From Octopus vulgaris (Eukaryota): 64,000 nt of DNA. The notes under the pieces were generated by a model that had not been told where the DNA came from, made no database searches, and saw only the letters and a program-made list of their open reading frames with translations. Below are positions 13,212-26,704 of this stretch, one piece after another. Position numbers and translations under genes: made by a program. Numbering within the stretch: the first letter of the stretch is position 1; every line of letters starts with the position of its first letter. The DNA is taken from contig OX597830.1 in assembly GCA_951406725.2 (NCBI GenBank), positions 10,974,001 through 11,038,000 on the forward strand. The letters run 5' to 3'.

Positions 13212-13259
13212 TATACCTATATATATATATACATATATATATATACATATATACATACA

Positions 13260-13297
<38 letters not shown>

Positions 13298-13428
13298 CAT
13301 ATATATATACATATATATACATATATATATACATATATATACATATATATATACATATATATACATACATATATATACATATATATATATATACATATAT
13401 ATATACATATATATACATATATATATAC

Positions 13429-13469
<41 letters not shown>

Positions 13470-13830
13470 CATATATATACACATATATATACACATATAT
13501 ACATATATATACACATATATACATATATATATATACGTATAAATACATTTACATATATATACATATATATATATATGTAAGTACATATATATATATGTAC
13601 ATATATATATATATACATACAATCATCTATATGTATACATGTATATATATATATATATATGTACTTATATATACATAAATATATATGTATTTAAATATGC
13701 AAATATATGTATTTATGTACACATATGTAGTTATATATGCATATTTATATAAATATATATACATATATATATATATATTTATATAAATGCACATATATAA
13801 ATATATATACACACACACACACACTTAAAT
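13212..13830. repeat. (TA)n/(TACA)n compound microsatellite
   Basis: Direct inspection. Confidence 0.95.
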
Positions 13831-14457
13831 ACATATAGACAAAATTAATATGAATAATTAATAAGTAAGAAATCCACAGCTGTCTAATTAATTAAAGAGC
13901 TGGCCTACTAATGAAAAGTCGTTAGTCAGAAATGAGTTTATTTATTTTGCACAATGTTTTGCTTCAATTCATCTATACAGTGCCACATACATACATACAT
14001 GTATATATATATATATATACATACATACATACACATACACACATTAGCTAATATTGACTTACAAAAGTCTTGTGGGTGCACTCGTAAGCTGTAAGGTAGA
14101 CAACAGGGCCAGTTCATTAATTCCCTGCTAACCTTTCAGGTATTGTAGATAGATACTCTACATAAAACTACCATAAGGAATTCATTAAGGAGGTAATTAC
14201 TAATATGCATATATACATACATACATATTATAATGGGGGAGGCCAGTTTATGGGGTTAGCCTTGGTTTCTTGCTCATAAGGGGTTAGCCTAACGGTGTAT
14301 CTTCAGACCCCAAATACTGCTGGCCCAAGACCTCTTCAAAATATAGAGGAGGAAAATGCCTCACTGTAAAGGTAAACACAAGGTGATTATCTCCCTTTGC
14401 CATTGGCCCTCATTTCACGTTGTTCCAGTCCACCCCTCAAGCAAAAAATGTGGAGTA

Positions 14458-14661
14458 CAGTGATCCCTCGCCATATTGTGGTTTATTCTTTAAGCTTACG
14501 ACCATTCCTCCGTGGTGTTGTTTCGCATTTATAATGAATTAAATATATACAAATTATAAAAATAATTTTTTAAAATATACAGTACTGTTTCTACTTTGCG
14601 AATTTTCACCTATCAAAGGGGCATTTGGACCATAACTTCCATGATAGTCAAGGGATTACTC
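14458..14661. mobile_element. pogo/Tigger-like MITE
   Basis: TA-flanked imperfect TIRs CAGTGATCCCTCGCCATATTGTGG / CCATGATAGTCAAGGGATTACTC. Confidence 0.65.
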
Positions 14662-15164
14662 TACCTGTATTTCAAAGGGGCAATCTTGTCACATTGCACC
14701 ACAATGAACCTCTCTGAGAACTAGGTTAAGGAAATACATGTCTGTGGAGTGCTCAGCCACTTACATGCTAATTTTATAAGCAGGCTGTTCCATTGATTAG
14801 ATCAATTAGTACCCTTGTCATCATAACCAACAGAGTGCCAATTAAGAGAAATCATTATAAAATTAATTATCACATAAGCCCAGTATTTAATGCTGTTACG
14901 TTCATCGTTGTAATTATTTACAGCAGTCAGCACACGTTTAAGACCATTTGTGTATTACTGGTACACACAACATATTTGTCTTGCAGACCCTAGAATTCTT
15001 ATATCAAAGGGGACAACTCAATACTAACAATAAGGTCATGAGTTCGATTCCTAGACCAGGCAGCAAGTTGGGTCCTTAAGCGAGGCCCTTTATCTTGTGT
15101 CCACTGGAACAAGGATGGAAGCAGGACAGTCTAAGCAGCAATAGAGGTGTCCAGGGCACATCAA

Positions 15165-15665
15165 TGAACTGGACCCTATATTATATATTTACTGACAGCA
15201 AGCCACAGCATACATAGATGAGAACTGGTCCTTCTAGACCTATGAGGCCCCTGGGCAAATTAATGCAGCAGGCCCTATTGTATGAATTCATTTATTGATA
15301 GCAAGCCAGAGCATACATAGATTAGAATTGGGTCCTCTAAACTTGTGCAGTCCCCAGGAAAGTCAATTCACTGGGCCCTGTAGTATTTATTTATTGAGAG
15401 CAAGCCGCAACATACACAGTTAAGAATTGGTTACCCTAGACTTGTAGAAACCCCTAGATTTGTGTAGCTCCGAGAAAAATCAATTCACTCGGCCCTATAG
15501 TATTTATTGACAGGAAGCTACATCCTACATAGATCAGAACTGGGACCCTAGACCCATGATGTCCCCGAGCAAATCAAATGTATGGGGATCTATAGAATTT
15601 ATTTATTGACAGCCAGCCACAAAATACGTAGATAAGAATTGAGCCCCTTCATTTGTGAGGATCTT
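15165..15665. repeat. Approximately 100-114 bp minisatellite, 5 copies
   Basis: TTTA(C/T)TGA.AG.AAGC motif recurs at about 15188, 15291, 15390, 15504 and 15602. Confidence 0.85.
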
Positions 15666-16546
15666 GAACAACTGTCCAATGTACCCGTGCAGGTAGCTTA
15701 GTGGTTAGGGTGTTGGACTCATGATCGTAAGATTGTGGTTTCAATTCCTGGATCAGGCAATGCACTTCATTTCATGTTGCTCCCATTCACTCAAATGGCC
15801 AAAATTAGTAACCTTGTGATGAACCGGTGTCCTGTCCAGGGGGAATAGATGCACCACAGAAACCAGCAAAACTGGCCCTCTGAATCTATATGACTCAGCA
15901 AGGATCTTTTATTCTACCCTTATTCCTATCCATACCTTAAATGCCATTGGGTGGAAAGAGCAAGAGGTTGTCTCTGTCTGCTTCATCATCATCATTTAAT
16001 GTCCATTGTCCATGCTAGCATGAGCTGGACAATTTGACCAGAGCTGGCAAGCCAGAGAGCTGCACTGGGTCCCAGTCTGATATGGTTTGGTTTCTACATC
16101 CGGATGCCCTTCCTAATGCTAACCACTTTATGGTGTTTGTTGGGTGCCTTTAAGGTGGCACCACTCAAGCGCTGTCACATGGCACCAGCACGAGTGCTTT
16201 TCGTGTGGCACCAGTACAGGACTCTTGCAGACCAATCCTCTACACCAAGGAAAGCAGCCTGAACCCTTCCGCTGCGGAGTGTGGGTCTTTCCGCTTCCGA
16301 CAATGATTAGGAAATCAGGGTACCTGCAACCAGATCGTACTTGTTTGTGAGTGATGGGTATGAGTCAGTCGGATGGGTGACAAACCAGTTTAAAAAAAAC
16401 AAAGCAAACAAAATAGACCTGGGGCAGTTGCTGAGAGCCATGGGAAGTTTACGAGAAGGCAAAGTACATTTTATAACAAAGTTTAAAGATATTTTGTGCA
16501 TTGAAAAAAAAAAAAGAAAAGAAAAAGAAAAAAATTCTATACTGAC

Positions 16547-16611
16547 CTCCTTTTACAATTTTCTTTTTACCACTGACGGGGTGTGTCCACTGAGTAGATT
16601 TAGTTGCATGG
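16547..16611 (-). CDS. WWOX: WW domain-containing oxidoreductase, internal exon equivalent to human exon 2
   Basis: Polypyrimidine tract CTCTTCTCTTCCCCCAG, 65-nt exon, donor GTCAGT. Phase 2 to phase 1; translates HATKSTQWTHPVSGKKKIVKG versus human [21 protein letters not shown]; length and phases match human exon 2 as I recall it. Confidence 0.92.
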
Positions 16612-16902
16612 CTGGGGGAAGAGAAGAGGAGGCAGAAGAGGAGGAGGAATTAGATAAGGAAATTGTCTGGCTTCCTGAAAGAAGTTCTCTTCAGATTGAA
16701 CAACATGTATGACAGCCTATAAATTGCTCGTCTGATTCTGTGTGTGTGTGTGTCTATAGTGTGTGTGTGTGAGTGTGTGTGTGTGTGTGTATATGTGAGT
16801 GTGTGTGTGTGTGTGTGTGTGCGCACACACATACACATGTATATGAATGACCAAGACTAAGCATGTATTTAATAGAATGTGTGTGTATGTATATGTATGT
16901 AA

Positions 16903-16938
<36 letters not shown>

Positions 16939-17087
16939 GAGAGAGAGCCTGGAAATATATAATTACACAGAAATAAACATTTGTATATACCACACATCTG
17001 TCTGCATGTCTGTGTACATGTGGATACATATATACTTAAATATACACACATACACACATGTCTGTGTGTGTGTGTATGTATGTGTGT

Positions 17088-17468
17088 ATTCTTTTATTCT
17101 TTCACTTGCTTCAGTCATTTGACTGCGGCCATGCTGGATCACCACCTGTAGTCAAACAAATCGACCCAGGGACTTTTTCTTTGTGAGCCCAGTACTTATT
17201 CTATCGGCCTCTTTTGCCAAACCGCTCAGTTACGGGCATGTAAACATCAGTTGCCAAGCGACAGTAGCAGGACAAACACAGACATACAAATACATACATT
17301 ATATATATAGAAACTGAAAGAAGCCCATCGTTTACTAAATCCACTCACAAGGCTTTGGTTGGCCCAAGGCTATAATAGAAGACCCTTGCCCAAGGTGCTG
17401 TACAGTGGGATTGAACTGGAATCATGTGGTTGGGAAGCAAGCTTCTTACCACATAGCCACACCTGCAC
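17088..17468 (-). mobile_element. SINE family A
   Basis: Head, body and tail match the family consensus. Confidence 0.85.
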
Positions 17469-18594
17469 CTACATATATATATATATTCATACAAACACAT
17501 TTTTATGTACATGTGCATATACATATGTATATACAGATACATACATACATACATATACATACATACATATACATACATACACACATACATACACACATAC
17601 ATATATGCACACATACATACATACACACACACATACATACATACTCACATACATACACGCATGCATACACGCACACATACACACACACATACATACACAC
17701 ACATACACACACACATACATACACACACACACACATACATACATACATACAAACATTGGTGTGCATACACGTACACACACACATATTGGGCATGAAGTTT
17801 TCTAATGAATATTTATCTGGCTGTCTGTTTACATGTAAATACTAACTTCTGAACAAACCTCATTGTTACATCAATAACAAAAACAAAGGCAAAAAAACAT
17901 TAAAAAAAACAGCAAAAAAAAACATTAAAAAAAACAGCAAAAAAAGAACCCTAAACATTGCAGCAAAGCATTGCATGAGAACTCAACATGAACAAGGGAA
18001 AGTTCCTCAGTCTCTCATGCGCCCCTAAATCCACCTCACTTCACCCTTAAATCACCTCTACAGACTGACAGAATGACAGACAAAGATAGTACATAAAACA
18101 AAAGAAATTAAAAAACACCCTAAAAAACCAAAAAATATATATATATTAAAGCCTTCCTCACCTCCTGCACCCCCATCCCACATAATTATCAAGTGACAAT
18201 TTAGTTTATAGAAAGGGATCAGCCCTTGGTTGACCCCCAACTCTTATGTCACCATAAAAAGAGGGTCTTCCCACCCCTCCCTGACTCATGTGTTCAGATA
18301 AAAAAAATCCCAAACTTATAATTCTTCATTTCAACAGAGATAGCAGAAACTTCCTTATTTTAGGGGTGGGATTTTTCGGGGTGTTTTTGTTATGTTTTTG
18401 CTTTGTATAACCACCCCACCCCGCGGCTGCCCCTTTTCCACCCCCACCTGCTCCCTTGAAGTCACTTTTCACTTCTTTCTTTATTTTTATTCTTCCTTCC
18501 TTCCTTCCTCTCTTTCTCTATGATTCGGTCAATAACAAGCTTTAATTTCACCGAGTTTATTTCAGTTGATACCCTGTTTCTCTCTCTCTCTCTC

Positions 18595-18627
<33 letters not shown>

Positions 18628-18865
18628 GCATATATGCACACATTTGTTGGCATGTATATATGTACTCACACACAAATCAATGAATATGTATATATATATA
18701 TATTACATACACATACATACATGCCTGACATCTGTGGGTGTACATATACATCTGTGTATGTATGTGTATGTGTAGATAGATAGATATATACATATATACA
18801 CATGCACACAGACATACGTGTTTGTGTGTATGTATTTGTATATATGAGTGAATATATATTTGTAT

Positions 18866-18959
<94 letters not shown>

Positions 18960-19611
18960 ATATATATATAAATGTATGTGTACGTATGTATACATATATG
19001 TATGTATGTGTGTGTGTGTGTATGCATGTATATATGTCAATATACATCGGTGTATATATGCATATATATGTACATGTGTGTGTGTGTACTTATATGTATA
19101 CATGTATGTGTATCTATGTGTGTGTGTGAGTGTGTGTACATACACACACACACACACACATAGTTTGTGATTAATCTTAAGGAATTAAGAGTGCACCACT
19201 ATTAATCCGCAACTGTTTATCTTCATTTTGAAGACCTTTCCTCCCTAAACAAAAAAAAAGATAAATAAATGTGCAAATATAAAATTTTAAAAAATTTTTC
19301 GAAAATTTCAAAAATGATGTAGTTTTCACTGATTTCCTTAAAAATGCCAAAATAAAGTCTTCACATGCAAAAATCTACTTTGGTGTTTAGATCATAGGAA
19401 TGTAAATATATGTTCGTGTGTGTGTGTGTGTGTGTGTACAAATATATTTATACTCTTTTTTACTCTTTTACTTGTTTCAGTCATTTGACTGCGGCCATGC
19501 TGGAGCACCGCCTTTAGTCGAGCAAATCGACCCCCCAGGGCTTATTCTAATATGTATATATACATATACATATATGTATATTTACATATATGTATATATA
19601 CATATATGTAT

Positions 19612-19855
19612 CATCATCGTTTAGCGTCCGCTTTCCATGCTAGCATGGGGTGAACGGTTCGACCGGGGTTCTGGGAAGCCAGAAGGCTGCACCAGGCCCA
19701 GTCTGATCTGGCAATGTTTCTACGGCTGGATGCCCTTCCTAATGCCAACCACTCCGTGAGTGTAGTGGGTGCTTTTTACATGCCACCGGCACAGGTGCCA
19801 GGTGAGGCTGGCAACGGCCACGAACGGATGGTGCTTTTTACGTGCCACCGGCACA
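19612..19855 (-). mobile_element. RTE LINE 3' UTR fragment
   Basis: (CAT)n tail and GGATGCCCTTCCTAATGCCAACC motif. Confidence 0.8.
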
Positions 19856-19944
19856 TATATATACATATAATGTGTATATATACACATTTATGCAGATATA
19901 CAAATATATACACAAATACATCTACTTATAGACAATAACAGTGG

Positions 19945-20345
19945 AAAGAAGCTTGCTTCCCAACCACATGGTTCTGGGTTCAATCCCACAGAGTGGTACC
20001 TTGGGCAAATGTCTTCTACTATAGCCTCGGGCTGACCAGAGCCTTGTGAGTGGATTTGGTAGACAGAAACTGAAAGAAGCCCAACATATGTATGTGTGCA
20101 TGCGTGTGTGTGCATTGTGTGTGTGCACATGTGTGTGTGTTTGTGTTTGTCCCTACCACTTCTTGACAACCAGAGTTGATTTGCTTAAATCCCCGTAACT
20201 TGGTTCAGCAAAATGACTGATAGAATAAGTAAGTACGAGGCTTTAGAAAAATAAGTCCTGGAGTTGATTTGCTCAATTAAAACCTGTCAAAGCAGTGCCC
20301 CAGCATGGCCACAGTCCAATGACTGAAAAAAGTAAAAGATAAAAA
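19945..20345 (+). mobile_element. SINE family A
   Basis: B-box, body and GTAAAAGATAAAAAGA tail. Confidence 0.8.
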
Positions 20346-20371
20346 GATATATATATATATATATATATATT

Positions 20372-20770
20372 TACTCTTTTACTTGTTTTAGTCATTTGAC
20401 TGCGGCCATGCTGGAGCACCGCCTTTTAGTCGAGTAAATCGACCCCAGGGACTTATTCTTTGTAAGCCCAGTACTTATTCTATCGGTCTCTTTTGCCGAA
20501 CCGCTAACTGACGGGGACGTAAATACACCAGCATCGGTTGTCAAGCAATGCTAGGGGGACAAACACAGACACACAAACACATACACACACATATATATAC
20601 ATATATACGACAGGCTTCTTTCAGTTTCCATCTACCAAATTCACTCACAAGGCATTGGTCAGCCCGGGGCTATAGCAGAAGACACTTGCCCAAGATGCCA
20701 CATAGTGGGACTGAACCCGGAACCATGTGGTTGGTTAGCAAGCTACTTACCTCACAGCCACTCCTGCGCC
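20372..20770 (-). mobile_element. SINE family A, near full length
   Basis: Intact head GGCGCAGGAGTGGCTGTGAGG and intact tail. Confidence 0.88.
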
Positions 20771-20774
20771 TATA

Positions 20775-20848
<74 letters not shown>

Positions 20849-20849
20849 T

Positions 20850-21053
20850 ATTCTTTTATTTTTTTTACTTGTTTCAGTCATTTGACTGCAGCCATGCTGG
20901 AGCACTGCCTTTAGTCGAACAAATCGACCCCACATCTTATTCTTTGTAAGCTTAGTACTTATTATATCGGTCTCTTTCACTGAACAGCTAAGTTACAGGG
21001 ACATAAACACACCAACATCAGTTGTCAAGTGATAGTGGCAGGACAAACACAGA

Positions 21054-21114
<61 letters not shown>

Positions 21115-21380
21115 ATAATAATATTAGGGAATAAATCCAAACTTACAGGGAAAAATGAGATTTAGGATTAAATCCAATTTTATAGTATAAATATATTATA
21201 TTATATTATACTATATTAAATTAGATGGGCTTCTTTCAGTTTCTCTCAACCAAATCCACTCACAAGGCTTCGGTTAACCCAAGGCTATAGTAGAAGACAC
21301 TTGCCCAAGTTGCCTCACAGTGGGACTGAACCTGGAACCATGTGGCTGGTAAACAAACTACATGCCACACACGCCTATGC
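20850..21380 (-). mobile_element. SINE family A with a foreign insert in its internal microsatellite
   Basis: Family A tail and head halves are separated by CA/TA repeats and an unrelated segment of about 100 bp (21120-21222). Confidence 0.8.
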
Positions 21381-21745
21381 CTATATATATAAGTATATTC
21401 ACACACATATATGTACACATATATGTACACGCATATACATACACACACATATTTATATATCCGTTTAGTTCTTGAGAAATTTGATGCTTATTTCACTTTC
21501 ATCTTTTACTTTATTTATAATTATTTTTGTGTTTTTTTCCTCGGCTTCACCCCTTCCCCACCGCATTCCACCATCATATCTAAGAAGAAAAAGAAAAACA
21601 AAAAAAAAAAAAGAATCTCCCGGCTTCAGTTTATTTTCTAATGATTTATTCAGTTCCATGAAGAACATAAACCATTCCATGATGAACAGTAGCTGATGAA
21701 GCTAACTAGCTCCATTCCACAGACAACAACAACAACAATAATAAC

Positions 21746-21783
<38 letters not shown>

Positions 21784-22270
21784 TGTTGTCTTAATAAGTG
21801 GATGACAGACAACAAAGCCACCTCTACTCTAGGCGGCCCTCCTCTTGTTCTTTTCGCCCGACACTAAACAATGGTCTGTATTGTGTAGCGAATTTCTCTC
21901 AGAGATTGCTATCTGTTCTACAGCAGCAACAGGAGGACGAGGTGTAGGGAGAGGAGGGAACCGGAGAGCAAGTGTCGTGGCACAGGGGACGGCTGGTCAC
22001 GACATATAAACATACAGCTTGACAATCCGGTCATCTGATACATCTATACCCACTTCACCAACGCCCAGCCACCCACCCTGTTTCACTCCTGTTTCATATA
22101 CATGTGTATAAGCGAAGACATGGTTGTGTGGTAAGAAGCTTGTTCCCTGACCACGAGGTTCTGTGTTCGATCCCACGGCATGGCAATGTGGGTGAGGTGA
22201 GTATTGTCTGCTAAAGACTTAGCCCAGCCAAGGCCTTGTTAGTGGCTTTAGTAAATAGAAATGTAAAAAA

Positions 22271-22860
22271 GACGGCGAGCTGGCAGAAACGTTAGGATGC
22301 CGGGCGAAATGCTTTGTGGCATTTTGTCTGCCGCTATGTTCTGAGTTCAAATTCTGCCGAGGTCAACACTGCCTTTCATCCTTTCAAGTTCGATTAAATA
22401 AGTACCAGTTACACACTGGGGTCAATATAATCGACTTAATCCGTTTGTCCTTGTTTGTCCTCTTTGTGTTTAGACCCTTCTGGGTAGTAAAAAAATTGGT
22501 ATTTCGTCTGCCGCTATGTTCTGAGTTCAAATTCTGCCAAGGTCGACTTTGCCTTTCATCCTTTCAGAGTCGATAAATTAAGTACCAGTTACACACTGGG
22601 GTCGATATAACCGACTTAATCCGTTTGTCAGTCCTTGTTTGTCCTCTTTGTGCTTAGCCCCTTCTGGGTAGTAAAGAAATAGGTATTTCGTCTGCCGCTC
22701 CGTTCTGAGTTCAAATTCCGCTGAGGTCAACTTTGCCTTTCGGGGTCGATAAATTAAGTACCAGTTACACTCTGGGTTCAATGTAATTGACTTAATCCGT
22801 TTGTCTGTCCTTGTTTGTCCCCTCTGTGTGTAGCCCCTTGTGGGCAATAAAGAAATAGGA
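22271..22860 (+). mobile_element. SINE family B tandem trimer
   Basis: One head GGCGAGCTGGCAGAAACGTTAG plus two head-truncated units restarting at GGTATTTCGTCTGCC. Confidence 0.9.
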
Positions 22861-23819
22861 AACATAAAAAGCTCATCATATATCACCACCACCACCATCA
22901 TCATCATCATCACAACCATAATCATCATCATCCTTTAACGTCTGTATTCCACCCTGTCATGGGTTGGATGGTTCGACCAGAGCAGGCAAGCTGGGTGCCA
23001 GTCTGACTTGGTTTGGTTTTCTATGGCCGGATGCCCTTCCTAATGCCCAACCACTTTACAGTGTGTGCTGGGTGCTTTTAACATGGCAAAGACACAAGTG
23101 CCTCCACGTGGCACCGGCACAAGTGCTTTTCCCATGGCACCAGTACAGGACCCTTGCAGGCCAACGCTTTTCACCAAGGGAGGCAGCCTAAACACTTCCG
23201 CTCTGCAAGATGGTGCCTTTGTGTCTGTTTGTCCTCCAGCCACTCTTGACAACTGGTGTTGGTTTGTTTACATCCCTATAACGTAGCAGTTTGGCAAAAG
23301 AGACCGATAGAATAAACACTGGGCTCAATATGTTCAGCTAAACCACTGTGCTAATGATTCTGTCAGTTCACCACATTAATAACAATAATCTATTATAATA
23401 ATACTTTTGTGTTTTTCTCCATCACAACATATGAATAATGAAGGAAGGGGTGATGGCAAACTGGTAGTGGGAGCGTTTCAACTCTGCGTGTGTATGTAAA
23501 AGGGAGGTATGTGAATGTTGTTTGTGTGTGTGTGTGTATGCAATGGAAGTGGGATGGTAAACATTCAATGTTGGAAAGAGAAATCAAACAGCGTTTCAGC
23601 TCTGTGTGAGTATATGTGCGTACGTGTGTGCGTATACAAGGGATCTATGTGAATGTTTGTATATGTGAACAAACGATGATCGACGTCACATCTCAAAAGA
23701 CAACCACTAGATAACATTGACAAGTGTATTAATTTGATTTACCATCCATATTTATATATAAAATACTACAATTAGCTATAATTTTTTGATGGCACGGGGC
23801 CAGCTAGTCTATACATATA

Positions 23820-24420
23820 GATGCAGGAGTGGCTGCATGGTAAGAAGATTGCTTCCTAACCACATGGTTCCGGGTTCAGTCCCACTGCATGTCACGTTGG
23901 GCAAGTGTCTTCTACTATAGCTTCAGGTCGACCAGAGCCTTGTGAGTGGATTTGGTAGATGGAAGCAGAAAGAAGCCCAACGTGTGTGTGTGTATGTATA
24001 TATATATATATATAATCAGCCAAAATTGCGAGGATGATCCGGTTCTTGACTGAGGATAAAAAGAATGACCCATCCTTGTCTTTTTGTATCGTCTATCTGG
24101 ATGTTTTATTGTCCCTTTTTGTATCACCTAGTTGTCCGGATGCTTTGCGTTTTTGTCCCATTTTGTATTTTATATATATATATATATATAAATGTATGTA
24201 TATATATATATGTATATACATGCATGTTTGTGTGTCTGTGTATTTCCCCCACCATAGATTGACAACCAATGTTGGTGTGTTTACATTCTCATAACTTAGC
24301 AGTTCACCACAAGACACCGATAGAATAAGTACTACGCTTAGAAAGAATAAGTCTTGGGGTTGATTTGTTTGACTAAATGCAGTGCTCCAGCATGGCCACA
24401 GTCAAATGACTGAAACAAAT
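23820..24420 (+). mobile_element. SINE family A with internal insert
   Basis: Head at 23820, tail at about 24420; unrelated segment 24013-24170 sits inside its TA run. Confidence 0.8.
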
Positions 24421-25399
24421 ACAAAGGATATGCATACATACATAAATAAGTGGGGGAGGGGGCGTATATATATTTATTCTTCTTCATATTCTTTTACTTG
24501 TTTCAGTCATTTGCCTGAAGCCATGCTGGAGCACTGCCTTGAAGGGTTTTTGTTGAACGATCGACCCCAAGAATAGATTTATAAAGCCTAGTACTTATTC
24601 TATCAGTCTCTTTTTGCTGAAACGCTAAGGTAAAAGGATGTAAACACACCAACACCAGTTGTCAGGTGGTGATGGCAGGGACAAGCACATGCACAGATAT
24701 ATATATATATATATATATATATAACTGAATCAAGCCCGTCGTAGGGATGGAAGGATGGATGGATAGATAGATATATAGATAGAGATATATATTTAACAAT
24801 TAAGGATAACTTCTTAATAAGGAATCTTAACAAGAAATTATCAGGTAGATAGCGTGAAAAATTTCGAAAATAATTCTTTCTTATTGAACATATTAATTTA
24901 TATATAGAGGGCATTATTACACATACATGCCTCACGCTAAGAGGGACATCAGTCATTTCTACCAAAAATTTTACTAATCATACCCAATGCAATTTTTCAA
25001 AGCAAGACATTTAAAAAATGAATTTAGTCTTATATCACATATAGAGATATATATATATACGATGGGATTCTTTCAGTTTCCATCTACCAAATCCACTCAC
25101 AAAGCTTTGGTCAACCTGAGGCAATAGTAGAAGACACCTGCCCTAGGTGCCATGTACTAGGAGTGAACCCCAAACCATGTGATTGGGAAGCAGGCTTTTT
25201 ACCACACAGCCACAACTATATATATATATATATATTAATTTATTATATAGAAGGAGCTTCTACAGGACTAGAACTGTTTCATAAGAAAATCTTAGAAGAT
25301 TTCTCTTGATAACATTATTTATTTCTATAATATTAATTTTACTCTGCTATGTATTGAGTACCTTATTTACTGTGGTTAACCCCGAATCAACCCAGGACC

Positions 25400-25429
<30 letters not shown>

Positions 25430-25442
<13 letters not shown>

Positions 25443-25935
25443 GGCAGTTTGTCTGTCTGTGTGTCTGTCAGGTTGTACCCTCACCCTGACCATGACTTTC
25501 AACCGATTCTGAAGAAACTTGACACACACATAGCCCAATGTCATAATTCAAAACTAACGCAGCGAAAATTTTGAAAAGTTCCCCCAGTTCTGAAAAAAAT
25601 CGATAAATTTGACATGGGGTTGAGAATCTAAGCTTTTTATATGCAACACATTTTCTGTTAGTTTAAACAAAAAAAGGATTCAAATAACTTGCGGCTGCAG
25701 CAGCTATTAGCAGAAGTGGCAGTGTTGGGAGTAAAGTCTCGAATGTAATTTCTTCCTGGCAGGAATTGGTTGGGTTGAATTATCGATAGCTGTTTGATAG
25801 TTATTTGGGAGTGAAGAGAAGACATTGCAACCTACACATGCGCCTTCGTTCCATAGAGGGAAAGGACTAGATTGGGATTAGTCGTTGCCTACCAGGGGCT
25901 CTTACATACCCGGGCAACGCCGGGCTATGCTGCTA

Positions 25936-25936
<1 letters not shown>
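25430..25936 (+). mobile_element. Non-autonomous Helitron
   Basis: 5' (GTCT)n microsatellite; 3' hairpin CCCGG-GCAACG-CCGGG followed by CTAG|T; second copy at 33587-33880. Confidence 0.75.
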
Positions 25937-25975
<39 letters not shown>

Positions 25976-26046
25976 GAAAATTAAAGAAATGTTTTCTACC
26001 AGTGCCTAGCATGTCTACAAAGAAAATAGACATATTTTTCATATAA

Positions 26047-26499
26047 AAATTAGTGTACATTTATACACAAAGAGGCAAGCCTTTAACAGGTTGCCTAACA
26101 TACTAGAAAGAACAGTCATAAATTTAAGAAATGATTTTAGCAATTTCTGAAGGTTCATCAGAATTTTTATTTGCTACCAATTGAAACTGCGCTTGCATGG
26201 TGGATTTAGAAAATTATAATATATAAGGATGAGACATGTGTTATTTTGTCTCTAATTTATATGTTAATGTTTTGGTGTATCTGCTGATGAGAACTTTGCC
26301 TTGCTAATTATTTTGTTTCTAATTAAGGTTCAAAACCTGAAGTGCGGCTGTAAAACATGGTAAATGTTTTTATTTTTCATTCCTTTTGAAATTGCTCTTA
26401 ACTGTGGTTTTGGACTCTTGTTCTTTGGACTCTTGTTCTTTCTAGTATGTTAGGCAACCTGTTATGGCTCGCCTCTTTGTGTATAAATATACACTAATT

Positions 26500-26500
<1 letters not shown>
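26047..26500 (+). mobile_element. Inverted-repeat-bounded Penelope-like fragment carrying a degenerate hammerhead
   Basis: About 67-bp inverted repeats (26047-26114 and 26434-26500) enclose CTGATGA-GAAC...GTTC-AAAAC at 26284-26336. Confidence 0.6.
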
Positions 26501-26530
<30 letters not shown>

Positions 26531-26645
26531 GATTAATCCAAACAAGTGGAGGAATAGAAGAACTGAAGTTGAAAATGCACAGAGAGTATATCAGAATTAA
26601 TTAGAAATTAATTATATTCTAAAATTTAAGAATTAAGAATACACT

Positions 26646-26704
<59 letters not shown>

